Source: a phage. Taken from it: a stretch of DNA of 64,000 nt. The DNA lies in the sequence record OZ336095.1, one strand, 5' to 3'. Below, one piece after another: positions 62,848 through 64,000 of this stretch (position 1 is its first letter; each line of letters begins with the position of its first letter). The notes below the pieces were generated by a model. It saw only the letters and a list, made by a program, of their open reading frames with translations. It searched no databases and had not been told where the DNA came from. The position numbers were made by a program, and so were the translations under genes.

Positions 62848-63049
62848 AAAGACACGGAAACTTATCAGGTCAGCGGTGTTCATTGGACGAAATAAGGTCA
62901 TACCATTTGCAGCAAATGATGTGATAGCTTACCGGAAGAACTTAGTATTCACTGACTGTTTACGTGGCTTCATCTCTGAACCATTAGAACACTTTAAAAG
63001 TCGTTGTGGTAAAGGCATCATCATTCAAGAGGTAATTATTCATGGCTGA
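62822..63049 (+). CDS. hypothetical protein
   Basis: 75-aa ORF. Confidence 0.3.
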   Translation: MKVILARDKKTRKLIRSAVFIGRNKVIPFAANDVIAYRKNLVFTDCLRGFISEPLEHFKSRCGKGIIIQEVIIHG

Positions 63050-63242
63050 TTTCTGCAAAGACTGTGCTATCGAAATGTTTGGACGTGATACAGGTGATTT
63101 AAAAGGTCTTATCACTGAAGATGACTTTAAAGCTGGCTATGCAATGCCAGTAATCTGTGAAGGTTGTGGGTGCATCTGGGTAGACCACGAAGGGCAACGT
63201 GTAAAACCTTCAGAAGATAAAGAATCTTGGGAGAGATGTTAA
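63042..63242 (+). CDS. small zinc-binding protein
   Basis: 66 aa with 'CKDC' and 'CEGCGC' cysteine clusters. Confidence 0.3.
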   Translation: MADFCKDCAIEMFGRDTGDLKGLITEDDFKAGYAMPVICEGCGCIWVDHEGQRVKPSEDKESWERC

Positions 63243-64000
63243 ATGGGTATTGTAAAAATCATCAAAGGTGATATCTTTGACGCATTTGATAAAGGTAAGT
63301 TTGACATCATTGGTCACGGTTGCAACTGTATGAACTTCATGGGTGCAGGTATTGCAGCAACTATTTCCAAGCGTTATCCAAAAGTGTATGATACTGACAC
63401 AGAAGTTTACCTGTTTGCAGGTGGCATTCGTCACAAACCCTGTGAAAATTTACTAGGTAATTTCTCTGTAGCACGTTTAAAACAAGGCCGTATAGCTAAC
63501 CTTTACACCCAACTTCATACTGGTAAAGATGCCCGATACAGTGCTTTAGAGTCATCTTTGAAACAGCTTAACAGATACTGTGAAGTTAACCAGTTGAAGA
63601 AAGTTGGTCTACCTATGATTGGTGCAGGTATCGGTGGGCTTGACCCTCAAGCTGTCACAGTTATCATTAATCAGGTGATGAAGAGTGTAGATGTTTATCT
63701 GTATGTCTATGAAGCAAAAATGTATAATGAGTTACACTCAGGTTGGAAAAACTACTGTGAACCAGAATACTTTGCAGGTGTAGTTGTGTTCACAGATAAC
63801 GAAGTTACCCTCTTCAGACGAAGAAAAGGTAAGATACATCAAAGTAACCCTCCGGTTGAAAAGATGTCTCTGAGTAACGCTCTAGTTACCCACCTGTCGA
63901 AGAGCAATCACAGGATTGCAGTAACATTTGGCAGTGATGCAGATACTTATATCTATGCAAGAACTGATGAGGATATCGAGACAGTTTTCTCTTCACCAGA
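63243..64000 (+). CDS. macrodomain protein (TARG1-like ADP-ribose hydrolase family), 3' end truncated by window
   Basis: ATG 63243 right after upstream stop; 'KGDIFDAF..DIIGHGCNCMNFMGAGIA' and 'LPMIGAGIGGLD' parallel the TARG1/OARD1-type macrodomain; reading frame open to window end. Confidence 0.55.
   Translation, partial: MGIVKIIKGDIFDAFDKGKFDIIGHGCNCMNFMGAGIAATISKRYPKVYDTDTEVYLFAGGIRHKPCENLLGNFSVARLKQGRIANLYTQLHTGKDARYSALESSLKQLNRYCEVNQLKKVGLPMIGAGIGGLDPQAVTVIINQVMKSVDVYLYVYEAKMYNELHSGWKNYCEPEYFAGVVVFTDNEVTLFRRRKGKIHQSNPPVEKMSLSNALVTHLSKSNHRIAVTFGSDADTYIYARTDEDIETVFSSP

Overview
This window reads as ~64 kb of a virulent contractile-tailed dsDNA phage, AT-rich, with gene content and order reminiscent of Felix O1-like myoviruses of enterobacteria (impression only; no search was run). 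No rRNA, tRNA or CRISPR array was seen. Block 1 (1-23.5 kb, + strand) is morphogenesis: large terminase, portal, S49-type prohead protease/scaffold, major capsid, sheath, tube, a G/T tail chaperone pair with a candidate -1 frameshift, tape measure, baseplate, and two tail-fibre genes sharing His-x-His C-terminal repeats. Block 2 (23.5-34.3 kb, - strand) is early: thymidylate synthase, DHFR, small regulators and secreted proteins, ATP-dependent DNA ligase and family A DNA polymerase. Block 3 (34.5-64 kb, + strand) is replication, nucleotide metabolism and candidate anti-defence: dNMP kinase, primase-helicase, SSB-like, 5'-3' exonuclease, GIY-YIG and HNH nucleases, MazG-like, aerobic and anaerobic ribonucleotide reductases, a PRPP-synthetase-like + NAMPT-like pair, rIIA/rIIB, a secreted lytic transglycosylase, and a TARG1-like macrodomain protein cut by the window end. 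The most unusual feature is in block 2: two repeat-rich intergenic regions (27.1-27.4 and 28.5-28.9 kb) built from 10-bp-phased C-rich tracts around a conserved dual-hairpin module, flanking a two-gene cassette of unknown function. All calls rest on motifs recognised by eye and on synteny. Start codons were adjusted from the ORF track where an ATG with a Shine-Dalgarno sequence lies downstream of a GTG/TTG track start.
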